A stretch of DNA of 64,000 nucleotides from assembly GCF_018977255.1 (NCBI RefSeq), contig NW_024704743.1, positions 32,800,001-32,864,000 on the forward strand. Direction: 5' to 3'. The notes beneath the pieces are model-generated. The model was not told the DNA's origin. It did no database searches and worked only from the letters and a program-made list of their open reading frames with translations. Of this stretch, positions 26,125-40,407 are shown piece after piece (the first letter of the stretch is position 1; the number at the start of each line of letters is the position of its first letter). Made by a program: the position numbers and the translations under genes. The stretch is from Callorhinchus milii (taxonomy: Eukaryota).

Positions 26125-28560
26125 ATAACAACAACTTACATTTGTATAGCACCTTTCATGTCGGAAGGACGTTCCAGGGCGCTGGACAGTGTACAGCATT
26201 TCAGACCCGAGCTGGGGTCAGGGAGGAGAAGGGAGGTGACCAATAGCATGGTTGATGAGGAGGGTTTTGAGGCAGGACTTGAAGAAGCCTAAGGAGGGGG
26301 CGAGGCGGAGTGATTGGGGGATGGAATTCCAGAGGTTGGGGGCAGAGTGGCTGAAGGCTCTCCCGCCAATGGTGGGGCAGGTGGGGCGGGGGACGTGGAG
26401 CAGGCCAGAGCCGGCTGAGCGGAGGGAGCGGGCGGGTTGGTAGGGGGTTAGGAGGTCGCAGAGGGTGGGGGGAGGCCATGGAGGGCTTTGTAGGTGAGGA
26501 CCAGGATCTTGAAATGGATCCTCTGAAGGGTAGGGAGCCAATGGAGTCGGGTGGGAATGGGGGAGATGGGATCACGGAGTTTGGTGCAGGAGAGGATACG
26601 GGCTGCAGAGTTCTGGATTATCTGCAGCCTGTGGAGGGAGGAGTTGGGAAGGCCAACAAGCATATGATGTTTGCATAGTCGAGCCTGGAGGTGAAGAAGG
26701 CATGAAGAAGAGTTTCAGAGGCCTGAGGTAGTGGCGGAGTCGGGTGATGTTACGGAGGTGAGGGAAGGCAGAGCGGGTCATGGTTTGGACGTGGGGAAGA
26801 AAAGAAAGTCGAGGGTCGAACAAGACACCTAGGTTCCTGATGGCTTGGTGAGTTGTTGTGTGCAACCGTGGAGGTTGATGCTGCCAGAGCCTGAGGTGCA
26901 GAGGCGCTGGCTCGAGCCAATCAGGAGGGCCTCAGTCTTGTTCACATTCAACTGTAGGAAATTTGCCCTCATCCAGGACTTGATGTCCGACAGACAGTCT
27001 GTCAGGACAGCAGTGGTCCTGGAGTTGAGGGTGGAGGCAGAAAGATAGAATTGGGTGTCATCCACATACATATGGAAGTTGACCCCATGTCTGTGGATGT
27101 TATCACCAAGGGAGAGCATGTAGATATTAAAGAGGAGAGGGCCAAGGACAGAGCCCTGGGGGACGCCAGATGTGACAGTGCGGGGGATGGAGGAGAAACC
27201 GTTAGAGGCAACAAAGTGGAGACGGTTAGAGAAATAGGATTCAATCCAGGCAAGGGCAGGTCCGCGAAGATTGAGTAAAGCGTGGAGGGTGTGTATGAGT
27301 GGTCGACAGTGTCGAATGCGGCAGAGAGGTTGAGGAGGACAAGGAGGCAGAGGGAGCCCTGATCATAGATGCTCAGAATGTCATTAGTGACTTTGACCAG
27401 GGCTGTTTCCGTGCTGTGGGCAGCACAGAAGCCGGATTGGAGGGGTCCAAAGAGGGAATGGCGAGAGAGAAATGAGCGGAACTGGGACGCGACGACTCGT
27501 TCCAGGACCTTGGAGAGGAATGGGAGGTTAGAGATGGGGCAGTAGCTAGAGAGGAGGGATGGGTCCAGCTAGGTTTTTCAGGATGGGGGTGATGACGGCT
27601 GTTTTTTGGGGGGTGGGAACTGAACCGGTGGACAAAGAGAGGTTGATAACGTTCGACAGGAGAAGGGCCAGAAGGTGGAGCTGGGAGATGAGGAAAGAGG
27701 TGGGGATGGGATCGAAGGAGCAGGTGGTGGGTTTGAGTTTGAGAACGATGGCGTGAGGGAGAAGGGAGAGATGGAGTCGAAGGAGTATAGGGGGGGATGG
27801 GTGGTTCATGGGTCATGAGGGAGAGGTGGTGTGGGGATGGCGGTGGATGGGGCAGAGGTGGCTGAATGTATTCCCTTGATTTTGGATTTGAGAAAGTTCA
27901 GCATCTCCTCACAGTTGGAGTTTGAGGAAAGGATGGGCGAGGCTAGGGAAAGTGGACAGAGGAGATGGTTTGTGGTGGAAAAGAGAAGCCTGGTATTGTT
28001 CTTTGCCTCCAAGATAACCTTGGTATGATTGAGCCAAATCTGCCGATGGACCGTTAGTTTGGATTTGGTCCAGGCGCTTTCAGCAGTTCGCACTTGTGCC
28101 TTGAGGGAACGGAGATGGCTGGTGTACCAGGGGGATTTAAGGGAGTATGAGGCAGTTCAGGAGGTGAGGGGGGGCAAGGGAGTCCAGAATGGAGGAGAGG
28201 GAGCTATGGAGAAAAGTGAGCAAGGAGGGTCGATCGGTCAGTGAGGGTCAGAGGTATAGGAGTTCAGATGACTCCAGGGCAGTGGAGAGGGAGGAATTTT
28301 TTTTCCCCACAGACTGTATGTGATGGTAGAGGGTTGAGAAGGGGAAGGGGTACGGAGGTGTTGAGGGAGATAAAGTGGTGGTCCGAAATGGCTTTAATCG
28401 ATGATAATGATGTCCGAGACGGTGAGGCCCCAGGTGATCACGGTCGTGGGTGGGGGAGTGGATGTGGAGGGAGAGGTTAAGGGAAGAGAGAAGGGAGGAG
28501 AAGTCAGCAGAGGTAGAGCAGGAGGGGGTGAAGTAGAGGTTGACGTCGCCTAAGATCAAC
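26125..28560 (-). mobile_element. L2 LINE, ~2.4 kb decayed ORF2 (partial endonuclease plus reverse transcriptase)
   Basis: Frameshifted pieces ILGDVNL (EN), [33 protein letters not shown] (RT YxDD), LQLNVNKTE, LHWLP and APNLWNSIP, with an L2 tail. Confidence 0.95.
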
Positions 28561-30403
28561 GAGCCATGGTTAGCCCACTGGGCTGGTGAGGCTCAGTGAG
28601 GAGATGGGGGCAGTGATGTCTTCTCAGTGAGTTCTGGCCTCACGATTCGAATGAGGCGGGTGGAATGACGTCACGTGGCAGCCTTAAAGTGACAAGCTAT
28701 GAATGAAACTTTCTGGAGCAACAATGCAAGCTAAAAATGAAACAAAAAATCCCCATGCCAAGCACAATTTTGCATTTGCTTGCCTTTAATGGGAACTCTG
28801 TTTTCAAATAATTATGGACTAACAAATTACATTTGTTCAGAAAAAAATTAAGAATTATATGGAGCAAGTGGAACATTACACTTTCCACGCACAGGCTAAC
28901 TATTTGGAGTTTTCACTTACATAGACGTTTAATTACCTGGAATAGCAAGCATTTATTAGCAGGGGGATGAACACTTTGGGCACATTTTTTTTAGAGCAGG
29001 AAGAAGGCAAACAAAGACTGAAAGAGGGTCAAATCAATACCAAATGTTGTAGCCAACATTTTTGGAACTTACGCAAAACAAAATGAACAGAGTACAAGAC
29101 ATCATTCATAAAGTTCAGAGCTTCCCGTTTTCAAAGCAGAACATTAAAAAAAAATCAAAATTGTGTGCAGCATTAACTCTCTGGAGCATACTTTGTCCAC
29201 TCTTGTAAAAAGCAGAGCACACACAAAAACATAAGATGAAAGTGGAAAAAAAACATTAATTTGTGCTCATCCTTTTCTCCAATTTATTTATTTTGAAGTG
29301 AAGTTTTAAAACATAGTTGCTCTTTTAAGGTCATCCACACAAAGTCACTGGAGAAAACTTCCAAGCCCCTTATCTTTACTTATACTCAGCTGCCATTTGC
29401 ACATGAATAAAACTGAATTTTGCTTAGAAACATGGCAAATAGTTATATAGCTATTTTCCCAACTCAAAAATGTGCTTACTCAGACTTGAAACATACCAAG
29501 TTGGGGGTTATCAGCCAGTGTTTAATGGTTCTTGTCATATTCAGCATGATATGGAAGATGTACTGTACAATATACCTTCAGCAAACTGGCCTCAACTTCT
29601 CTTGGCCAAACATTTCCTGCAAGAGTAAAACCAAGCTACAAACCAAACTGATTTTATTATTCCTCAACACTGCCACAGCATTTTCCCTTCTGCCAAAGCT
29701 TTTGCTACCGTCCATTAAAAACATCTGCGAGAACTTAAAACTGCATCTCATATTAGAATTAGTATAGGAAAAATGTTTCTAATTAAACATCTTTTTAAGT
29801 GGTTAGAAAAACACCATTCTGCAATCACACATAATAATCCAGAAACCAACACTGGAGGCTATTTAAAAATATGCTTAAGGAAGCTCACAAAAATCATAGT
29901 TGTGAGCCACACTCTTCGCATTGCTGCAAAATAATTAGGATGATGCAGGTCTGTTGCAGTCTATATTCTGCACTCCTTTTTGACTGAATAAAACAATACT
30001 ATCAATAGAATCGTAGCAATATTAAAATTAATTAGTTACTTATCTTGTTTATGGATATTGTTGCATAACAATTCTATTTTCTAATATTTTCTTTGAGATA
30101 TTTATTTTTACATTAAAGGTGCTGTAAAGGTAAGTTATTAACATAGAACACGCTCCAATTCTCATCATATTCCTTTGGAGAGACAACACTCAAATGTCCT
30201 TGGAAACTGAGGGCTGTATGCATCTAGTTGGAGGGGGAGGGGAGAGGAATAGGGACAAAAAGAAGTAGTTTCATTTCAATTTGATCTTAACCTGCAAAAT
30301 TGCCACATACCATTTACAAAGCACTCAAATTTGAAGGAGCTCTCCCTGAAATATTCATTTAAAAAAAATTCTCTCACCCATCCAAAAAAGAGCCTATTTT
30401 GAG

Positions 30404-30720
30404 TAATAACAATAATAATCCTTGCATTTGATATTGCGCTTTTCACGTCTTCTAGACGTCTCAAAGCACTTCACAGAATATACTGTAAAGTGAATTGACT
30501 GTATACTTTGTGGGCAAAATGCGGCAGCCAATTGTGCACAGCTGTGTCCCACAAACAGTCGTGGACTGAAGTGACCAATTTATTATTGTTTTGTTTCTTG
30601 AGGGATTATTATCAGGCGTGTGGAGTAAGGAAACTTGCCCAAGGTTTCACCCTGCTGGGAATCGAACCCAGGTCTCTCGCTTGTGAGGCAAGTGCTCTAA
30701 CCACTGAGCTACAGGACTCC
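30404..30720 (-). mobile_element. CORE-type SINE, internally deleted subfamily
   Basis: Same deletion junction as the 7006 and 43134 copies. Confidence 0.9.
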
Positions 30721-30929
30721 ACTAAGTAGTCAGGTAATTTAATTTCCTGAGTGCTATACACAGGCAGTAAAAACATAACCCTTGCATTCAATATAGTACC
30801 TTTCACACAATATCAAATACAAAGATTATGGAGGATGCCTCAAAGCGCTTCACAGGATTTACCTGTGAGTTTAACATTAGTGGTGAACAAATTACTGTAA
30901 TCTATTATTGGGGACTACTGAGCATTTAG

Positions 30930-31692
30930 ACACTAAAACACACATCAGGGAGAATCAACATGGATTTGTGAAGAGTAGGCCATGTCTCACAAATCTAAGC
31001 ACATATCTATCACAGAACTATAAAGGTAATAAGGGGTGGGGGAATGATTGGATGTGATTTATATGAATTCTCAGAAAGTATTTGATAAATTCATACATAA
31101 GATTATTAACCACAACAACAAGTATTTATACAGCTCCCTTCATGCCAGATGGCGTCTCGGAGGGCTTAGCTAAATTAAACATCTAAGTGTTAAAGGCAAT
31201 AAATTGCTTGGGAGCCAGGAAAATATGCTCTCTTATTGGCAATCAATAAGAAATGGTATTCTCTAGGGACTGGTGCTGAGGGCCCAGCTTTTACCAACAA
31301 CCCTTAAATTTGATACAGCACCATACCATATCATTGAATTGAAGCGAAAAAGTACAAAATACAAAGAGATTAAGTGAGTAAACAGATGGGTTTAACACTG
31401 CGCAGTGCAAGGTATGATCAGTTACAGGACGTGTTGCTAGAACGGACATCAGGACACATTTCTTCATGTAAAGGGTTGTGAAAAAAGGTCTGCCCAGAAT
31501 GCTGTAGAAGCCAATTAGTTTTTTTGAGATGAGAGAAAAAGAGAGACATTCAGGTTGGAGAGATATTAAGGGTATGGCAAAATGTGCGACATTAGCATTA
31601 AAAAATATGCCAAGATCTAACAAACTGGCAGAACAGGCCCAATGGGCCTGCTCCTCCTGCTCTTGTCTTCCTATGTTCCTACCATTCTATGT
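30930..31692 (+). mobile_element. Degraded CR1 LINE fragments
   Basis: caacatggatttgtgaagagtaggccatgtctcacaaatc (QHGF..CLTNL), and a 3' end cctatgttcct..attctatg. Confidence 0.7.
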
Positions 31693-32725
31693 ACTCTAGT
31701 AACCAATACAATTCTGAGATTAAACTTTAATACAAATGGTGAAGCATGGCAGTCATCTATGATGGATTCTAAAATAGTTTGAAATACACTGGGGTACAAT
31801 ATTCCTAAACACGTTGTGGTCTCTTCAGGAGGGCATGGCCCTTTTCATATGTATCCCACTCAATATGTTAAAATGGGATGGGGGGAGGCAAAGAAATAAT
31901 TTATCAAATTACAACTTTTGTTATTGCATTTCATATATATCACAATTATTACTGCAATTAACAAGTCCATTGTGGAAAACATTTTAAGTAGGAAGGGATT
32001 AGTGTTGGAATGAACGTTTTTGATGAGAACAAAAGAAGGCACAAGGAAACTAGTTAAGCTATTAATCTGCAACAAAATAATTAAATTTGAAAGTGAAAAC
32101 TAGAAGAAAAATGGAATGTAAAATTGAAAATGTAAAACAATTAAAGAAAAAGAATACGGCAAAAAGTAAAAAGGAACTGCAAAAGGACAAAGGTCAAAAT
32201 TAATAAGATAATAAAACGTGTTAGAGAGAATGAAGCAAAATATGATCAAGCTTCAAGAAAATGAAAGTTAAATCCCCAAAAGGCAATGAAATGAAAGAAG
32301 GCAAATGCCTCTGGCACAAACATGATTAATTTCCTACAATATATTATTTTCACTTTAACTTGCCTAGAGCCAGACACGTCATTTCACATTTAGATCCATG
32401 CTTTGCATATAAGAAACATGTACAGTCAATGACTGTAATCAAAACTCCACTTACTGTGTAAGACTATTCAGGAAAAAAATCAGACTTCACCAAACCAGTA
32501 GCTACATTATTAAGACTCCGAGTGTCAACTTCAGTTTTTATTATTTTCAGTTCCACTGGGAGAGTGTTTGGGGGGTGGAGAAGGAAACTGGCTGGGAAAT
32601 CATTTTAATGTATTAAAATTGCCTCTTGATGGCTATCAATCCATTGGAGGCATTAACAGCATTATTGGAGAAGTAAATGAGTTGATTCACATTACGTTGT
32701 TGACTTCGAACAGGATGAATCAGTC

Positions 32726-33093
32726 GGAGTCCTGTATCTTGGTGGTTAGAGTGCTCGCCTCTCAAGTGAGAAGACTGGGTTGGATTCCCGGGCAGGGTGA
32801 AACCTTAAGCAAATGTACTTACTCTACACACTTCTGTTTACCTAGCAATAAGTAGGAACCCGGTTGTTAGTCGATTGGTGGATCGCTTTTCTGGGGGTAA
32901 TAATCCCTTCAAAAAAAAAAAAAAAATTGTGGTCACTCAATCCACGACTGTTTGTGGGACACTGCTGTGTGTAATTGGCTGCCAAGTTTCACCCACAAAA
33001 TATTCAGTCAATATTCTGTGAAGCACTTTGAGATGTCTCAAAGACACGATAAGACTCTACATCAAATGCAAGGATGATTAATATTATTATAAT
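32726..33093 (+). mobile_element. CORE-type SINE, full length
   Basis: Head, core and tail are present. Confidence 0.9.
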
Positions 33094-33179
33094 AAATCCA
33101 GTGACAAGAGAGGTATCTCTCTTGGACAAGATCCAGATGAGAGATTTTAAACCAATTTGCCTCAGTTCCGGTGATTACT

Positions 33180-33855
33180 TCCTTTAAAACTGTTGTCATC
33201 ACCCCACTTCTCAACCTCCCCTCATACCCCTCCATCCTTTCTAAATACCAACACATCTCTAACTTGCCCTTCCTTTCCAAACTACTGGAACGAATTGCCT
33301 CCCATCTTTGCTCTTTCCTCTCCCAGCATTCCCTGTATGAATCCCTCCAGTCCAGCTTTCGCCTGTCCATTACACCACATCCACCCTGTTAAATCACCAG
33401 TGACATTCTCCGTGTCTGGCACTCTCTCTGTCTCCTTGTTCTCCTATCTCTCTGCAGCCTTAGATATTATTGACCACTCCATCCTTCACCGCCTCTCCTC
33501 TCTACTCCACCTCAGCAATTCTGCCCGATCCTGGTTTCTTTCCCACCTCAACTTTATCTCCTCTAACGGTTTCTCCTCCTGCTCTTGCACATTCACTTCA
33601 TGGGTTCCTCAAGGCTCTATTCTCAGCCATCTTTTCACTAACTATACGCTCCCACATGGCGACATAACTTGCAGACTTGGGGTTCAATTCCACATGTGTG
33701 TTCCGAAACACCGTCCAGCATGAAGGGCATTATATAAATGCAATTTGATGTTGTATATGACAACAACTCTCTCTCTCACTGCCCTCCACTACAGGACCCC
33801 TACTATTTTGACTTCTTGTCTGGCAGACATCAAGACCTCGATGAGCTCAAACTTA
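33180..33855 (+). mobile_element. L2 LINE internal RT fragment with an inserted L2 tail
   Basis: [32 protein letters not shown] and VPQGSILS frames. Confidence 0.88.
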
Positions 33856-33949
33856 AGGCTAAGACTTAAAAAATGATTACTTTGGGGAACAATGCAAATT
33901 AATATTAACATAAACTCACAACCCCAGCAGTGCAAAATTTGGACTGTGC

Positions 33950-34299
33950 AATAACAATAATCCTTGCATTTGATATAGCGCCTTATTACGCATTCAAGAC
34001 ATCACAAAGCGCTTCATAGAATATACTGTAAAGTGAATTGACTATGTTTTGTTGGCGAAACTCGACAGTTTCCCACAAGCAGTCATGGATTAGTGACCAC
34101 ATTATAATTTTTTTTGAGAAGAGATTAGATTACCTCTGGAAAAGCGATTCACCTATCAACTAACAACCGGATTCCTTCTTACTACCACGTAAAAAGAGGC
34201 GCGTGGAGTAAGGAAACTTGCCCAACGTTTCGCCCTGCTGGGAATCGAATCCAGGTCCTCTCGCTTGCGAGTGCTCTAACCACTCGGCTATAGGACTCC
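33950..34299 (-). mobile_element. CORE-type SINE, near full length
   Basis: Reverse complement of the family consensus. Confidence 0.9.
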
Positions 34300-37200
34300 A
34301 CTAAGAATGCATATAATTTTTTTTAAAAAACCCCAAGTTTAATTCAGTCAAAAACTTGGAGATAATGTAGCTTCAGGACAGTCGTATAACCCACCCAATA
34401 TTTCAACAGCTGTTGAGACTTAATTGTTTGAAGTCAATTAATTTTAGCCAGGCAAGTCATGCTTATTTCTCAAGTTCCTATATAAAACCATGTAAATGTA
34501 TCACTTCACTATGTTGTTTGACAAACAATCCTATGTAAACAATTCCTGGAACAATTTTGTTTCACTTCCATTTTTGGAACAAAGGTGTTTAAAAAATGTC
34601 AAATTTGCTATCTTCTACATTTTTAAAAATATCACATCCTCTCTTAAATTGTCTCCTTTAATCATTTTTTTCTGAAGGCAATATTCCTTCCGTCAACTGG
34701 CCATTTGTGCCTGTTTGACCAAAGATATAGAAATTTAAAGAATTAAGAATTCAAATACGAATTCAATACATTTTTAAATGCATGTTCCCTAAATATAAAA
34801 ATGTAACACTAAATACGCATTTTGATATAGCTCCAAGGTTAAAATGAGAAAGACGAGCTTCTATGGGATAACTCTTCGAAAAAAAAATTGTTTTTAAGGG
34901 CATTTGCTGGAATCTTTGAAGGAAAGGAAGGAATTGGCACTTAAAAAACATGACTCCACCCTCTAAATATCTTTCCCATGTGGGAAAAGTACCTTATTAT
35001 TTCAGCCAAGCCAAACAAATCATCCAAAACTTCATTGCAGTATATCTGTACATAAGCTACAAAGAAAATTACTGCATGCATCACATGCAATTCTGTACAA
35101 CTGTAGCTTTTAAATATCACTTTAAAAAAAACACTTCTCCTGTTGGGTGATATCATCCCTCAGTCCATTAGAATTGACATTTCTATCTATAAGTCAAAAT
35201 AAGCATCAAGACATGAAATCTTGTCATAAATACATTGGAGGAGTTAGAGAATCAACATCAACACTAATCAAACTAACAACCTTGTGTATTACTTACTATG
35301 GTTAAATTACAACACTACAATAGAAATCAAGAAGTTCAATTGCTTTCAGAGGTAGTTATCAATGCCTCCTGTTGCATCACATCCAGAACAGAAGGTAGGT
35401 AAATAGTAAAGTCGGTAAATAATAACTCGTTGACTGGTTTCTGGCCGCAGGAGAGTGAACCCCTATAGATCAGCAAATGTGGTTTTGCAGGTCAGGCTTG
35501 TATGGGGCTTCCTTACAATTTGACAGGAACTTTGCAGCCAGAAAATTCAACCCAATTCACAAAGTGGATCATGGAAACGTCCCTCAACCAGGATTATTGA
35601 ATTTGAACAAATTAATCCTATCAGAATGTTGAGCAACGACAAAGCTGCAATGTAGCTCTTCACATGGGATAATGCCTACGATTGCTTTGCAGCTGTGGGG
35701 TCGGACACCAAGCGAGGAAGAAGAGGAAGGAGCCCGTAGGCACATTCAAAACCTGAATAAGAAATAAAGTCTAGAAAGAGTACTTATTGCTCAAAGTACA
35801 TACTTTAGATACAAAGTAAAGACATAAAACAGTACGCTATCTTGAGAGGTACCCTCACTGTAGTACAGTCCCTGGGGATTTGCCTCCTCCTGGACGGCTG
35901 CTACATCTTTTATGCAGAGACCCATCAGTGTCTGGGACCTGCTCTGTTAAGATTAGAGAACTAGACCTTTGAACCAGAAGCTGATCTGAAGTTCCATAAT
36001 TATAGTAGAGTTGAGAACAAATTGTGCGTTTCACGTGTTTTACTAGGTTTGAGCAAATCAAGATCAATGTAGCAAAGGTTTCAGTTATATTGGATCTAGT
36101 GGTACAGAATAGAAGCATAGTTTTCCTGCATAGTTTCACAATCCCGGTCTTTTTCATCTTTATCATTGAACATAAACAAAACCAAAGCTGTCAAGTTAAC
36201 CTGCAACTGGTTAAGATCAGCTTTGATGTACGTGAAATTGCTTGTGCTTTCACCCAATGTGGCCAAAAAACACACAAAGCAATGTTCTTAGACTGAGAAA
36301 ATGTGATTGGCTAATATGACTGATTAATGACTAGTTGAATATATTATTCTGTACAACAAGGGAAACAAATTGGCAAGAATATCACTATTGGACCTATTCT
36401 AATGACCCAATATTTCTCTTTCCCATATACAAGGTTACTAGATGGGTAAATTAGATGCACAGTACGACTAAATCCCATCCCTAATAACCTCCTGTGCATA
36501 CCCACTAAGAGTACTTTTTGCCAGCATCTTAAAACAGCTCCATGTCACGTCTGCAATGGAGCTCAATGTGGATAACTGGACTTGTAGTACTGAAAAGCAA
36601 ATACATTTTACAGAAGCAGCACATGTATGACCAGCTGTATGAAAGACAACTTTCATTTACACACAGCTAACAACAAATTTTGCAAAATGTTTGAATGCTG
36701 TCTTTGTATTCAGTCAGATCAAAATATTTCTATTACCCCAGTGTTTGAATTGTATTTAGGGCCACGAGAGACGAGTTAAAAATTAGAAATCCCATTTTCA
36801 AGATCACAGTACAGATGGAAGTAGCCCAAGTATTAACCTTATGTATCCAACTCATGAATTTTCTCCAAGCCTGCATTCAAGCTCATATCCATCACTCTTC
36901 CATTATTTGTTGCTCTCTCCTCACTTGGTAGCCGAATCTTCAGTCACAATAATGCCCCTATTCTCTGGAATTCTCTTTCAAAACTATTGCCTTGATATCG
37001 CTCTCCCTTCCTTTAAAAAATACCTCCAAAAATATCTCTTCAGCTGTCCGTTTGGTGTACACTAGTTGTCAAATTCTTTGAAATATTCATTTACATGTAA
37101 GATGCTTTAATAAACGCAAGTCATTTTTGTTGCATCACGTTTTTGTTAACAGAATTGATGACATTGTATGAAAAAATTAAGGGCAGCATTTTAATTTGAA

Positions 37201-37447
37201 AAAACTAAACTGTACAATCAAAAACAAGTTTTAGCAATAAAAATTGTTTTAACAAACATTAATAGCATGTACAGAAATTGGCTAAGATATAGCACCCTAA
37301 CATGTTCTGATTGCTAAAATAGCAATCTTTTCCACTAAATCTTTATCACGATAGAATCCCATACAAATTCAAAAGATCCCTGTTTTAGCAAAGTGCATTG
37401 GACCTAAATTAAAATATTCCATATGGTCTATTTAAAAAACACTTTAC

Positions 37448-37670
37448 CTCTCCGTTGCACAAAAACCCTGAGTAGCGGGCATGACATCGAGACGGCTTTG
37501 CAGAAGTTGTCGTCATTGTTGATTGGCAGCAAGTCACCATGGACATCAGCATATCCAATTAATACATCCATATTTGAAAGGTTATGTATATGAAGAATCA
37601 GACCATAGAATTCGTCAAACTTTCCAGGCTTGTAACGATTTAAAGAAAATCTTCGGAATTCTGCCCCATA
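37448..37670 (-). CDS. PARD6G: PARD6G coding exon 2 ([74 protein letters not shown]), PB1 domain
   Basis: Manual translation; this frame is absent from the ORF track. Acceptor tttcag|TAT, donor GAG|gtaaag, 223 nt (phase 0 to 1). Contains the Par-6 PB1 signature [17 protein letters not shown]. Confidence 0.97.
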
Positions 37671-39479
37671 CTGAAATAATAAATATTACATCGGTTATAA
37701 TGAGGGAGAAAGTAGGAAATACAGCACTCTGCAAGGGGAAAAAAGCAATATTAAGACTACAAAAATTTAAAACAAACTCTCAATCAAAGTAGTAGGCTGT
37801 TTCGTAAAATAGACTTCAATTTTAGAGACTGTAAAAATTCTCCTCCTACATGTTTTAGAGACCTTGGAGCCAGATATTGGCCTTCCCTTGAAGCACCGCA
37901 ACTGTGAATACCATAGAAATTCATAGCACAGTAGAATGTCATTCTGGCCCATCGTATCTGTGCTGGTTCTTTGAAGAAACAATCTAAACAATCCCATTTA
38001 CATTCCTTTCCTCCACACCCTTGCAAATTACTTGAGCGAGAGAGACACAGAGAAACAAATAAGAGACAAAAATTAAAGGCATGCTTGCACCCACAAAGGT
38101 AAGATGACAAGGATTTGACTACACTTCCCTACAATATTCATTTCACTTCAGTTTCAATTTAATTTTACAGTTTCAATTTATGATCTGCAAAATTTGCCCT
38201 TTTGAAACTTCGTTTTAGTACCTACCTCATGATTCGTCCTTGGGCTTTTAAAATTAAAGCAATTTTTGGTAAGTTATTTTAAAAAAATTCTACTGAAACT
38301 GTAACTATGATTTCATCCAAATAATTACAAAAAACATTTTTCACTTAATATGTGACCCTATACATTCAACAGAAAGTATTCAAATACTATAGATATGAGG
38401 ATAATGGAAATCTAAACTGGAACAATATTACCCTACCATTCAGTGGTACATCTGGACATCAAACAGGAAGAGCAAAGCTAAGGTTTGCATTGATCACCAG
38501 AACATAAATTGGTTAAGTGCCTTAAACAATATTATAATACATTATCAACTAGCTAATCAATATTTAAAATTGCTAAAACTGTAGCCCTGGTTATTTTAAT
38601 TCATATGGTGGTTTTCAAAAAACACAACTATTAACACTATGTGAACTGATGTTGAATCAAGACTTCAAAAGGTATCACAGAAGGTCAACCTACATCTTAG
38701 TATGAAGTAAACAAAATTACTGTGAGTAACTGCATAAAATTCATGAAACATTCACCAGTCTCAAACACTTATACCGTGTTAGAATTCTGGAATGCACTTT
38801 TCAGCACGGTTATTTTTATAGTCACTGGAAGTTTTCATAGATATGTCTTTCCAACAGCAAATTGTATTTTATATTGCACCTCTCACAATAATATAGAATA
38901 ATAAGCCTTGCATTTGATATAGAGCTTGATCACACTGTTGAGACGTCTCAAAGCGCTTCACAGAATAAACTGTAAAGCTAAATGACTGTATATTTGGGGG
39001 GCAAAACGCACAGGAAGGTACAGGATCAGAAAAAAAACATTGTGGTCTATTTGACAGGTTCCAAATAAAAAAAGCTACACTACTCACTAATAATCCTTAA
39101 TCGATTTCCTTGTCAAATAGCTATCCAACTCCCTCTTGAATTTGCTGACACAATCTGGTCACTGTCCCAGACTTATTATGAATTCATCTGGCCCATTCTT
39201 TTTGTCATTGCTTCATCCTTTTATCCCATCTGGATCATCCTATCTAGACAATCTTTGTCATCATCTTTCAACTTTTGATTTCTGTTTACGTTTGTGTCTC
39301 AATCTTTTGTTTTTTTCCTTTGCTCTCATTTTCCTGTTCATAATTTTTCACCTGCCCATCTTCTCTTCAGAGAATTTCTGTAAAGTATAGCGACTATGCC
39401 TTCACTTTTATTTGGATTGTGTTAATCAGGAGACCAGAAGACACTCCTCTCTTTTTTCAAATAGTGTCAATGGAATCTT

Positions 39480-40300
39480 TAACAACAACTCGCATTTATA
39501 TAGCATCTCGGAGCACTTAACAGGCAGAGCTTAACACCAAGCCGCAGGGAGGGAGGAGGTGACTGAAAGCACAGTCGCAGGTCTTCAAGTATGATCTGAA
39601 AAGGGTTAGAGAGGACAAGGCTGAGGGATTGAGACAGAGAGAGCTAGGGCATGAAGGGATTTGTAGAGTGTGAGGATTTTGAAGTTGATCCGTTCTGTGA
39701 TAAGAGAGCCAGTGGAGATTGGAGATGACTGCTGCGAGGGGAGCATGGAGTTTAGAGCAGGTAAGCATACTGTCACCGGAGTTTTGAATTTGTTGGACTT
39801 TGTGAACAGAGAAGCTGCAGAGACCAGTGAGGAGGCCATTGGAATAGTTAAATTGTGAGATACAAAAGTGTGGACAAGGGTTTCTGCTGCATTGGGTGTG
39901 AGTTACGGGAGGCAAGCAATGTGGCAGAGATGGAGGAAAGCAGTCTTGGACAGGGACTGGATGTGGGGGAGGAAGGACAGCTATGGGTCGAACCTGAGTC
40001 CTCGGTTACTTGCAGGTCTCGTAAGTCTAAGGGAAAGGCCAGGGAGGTTGAGGAAGTCAGAGACACAGCAGAAAAGATGTTGATGGAAGCCAAGGAAACC
40101 AAGTATGGCTTCCATCTTGTTGACATTCAGCTGCAGAGCGTTTTCACTCATCCAGGACTTGATGTTCGACAAAGAAGCTGACAGAACATCAGCGGACCTG
40201 GAGTCACAGCTAGAGAAGTAGATTTAGGTGACATCCAAATACATATGGAAGTTTACCCCACATCTGCGGAGGACATGACCGAGAGGGATCATGTAAATGA
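39480..40300 (-). mobile_element. L2 LINE 3' fragment
   Basis: IKSWMSENALQLNVNKME and LHWL frames, with an L2 tail. Confidence 0.88.
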
Positions 40301-40407
40301 GATCCATCCATCTGAAAAGAACCCAGTTTAACTACACATTCAAAGGATTACAACTCTGACAATTGAATGCTCTCCTAGCACCGCATTGGAGTGTTAAGAC
40401 TTCAGAC

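Noticed and set aside
26125..28560. Functional reverse transcriptase gene
   Set aside because: It has many frameshifts, stops and deletions, so it is a dead L2.
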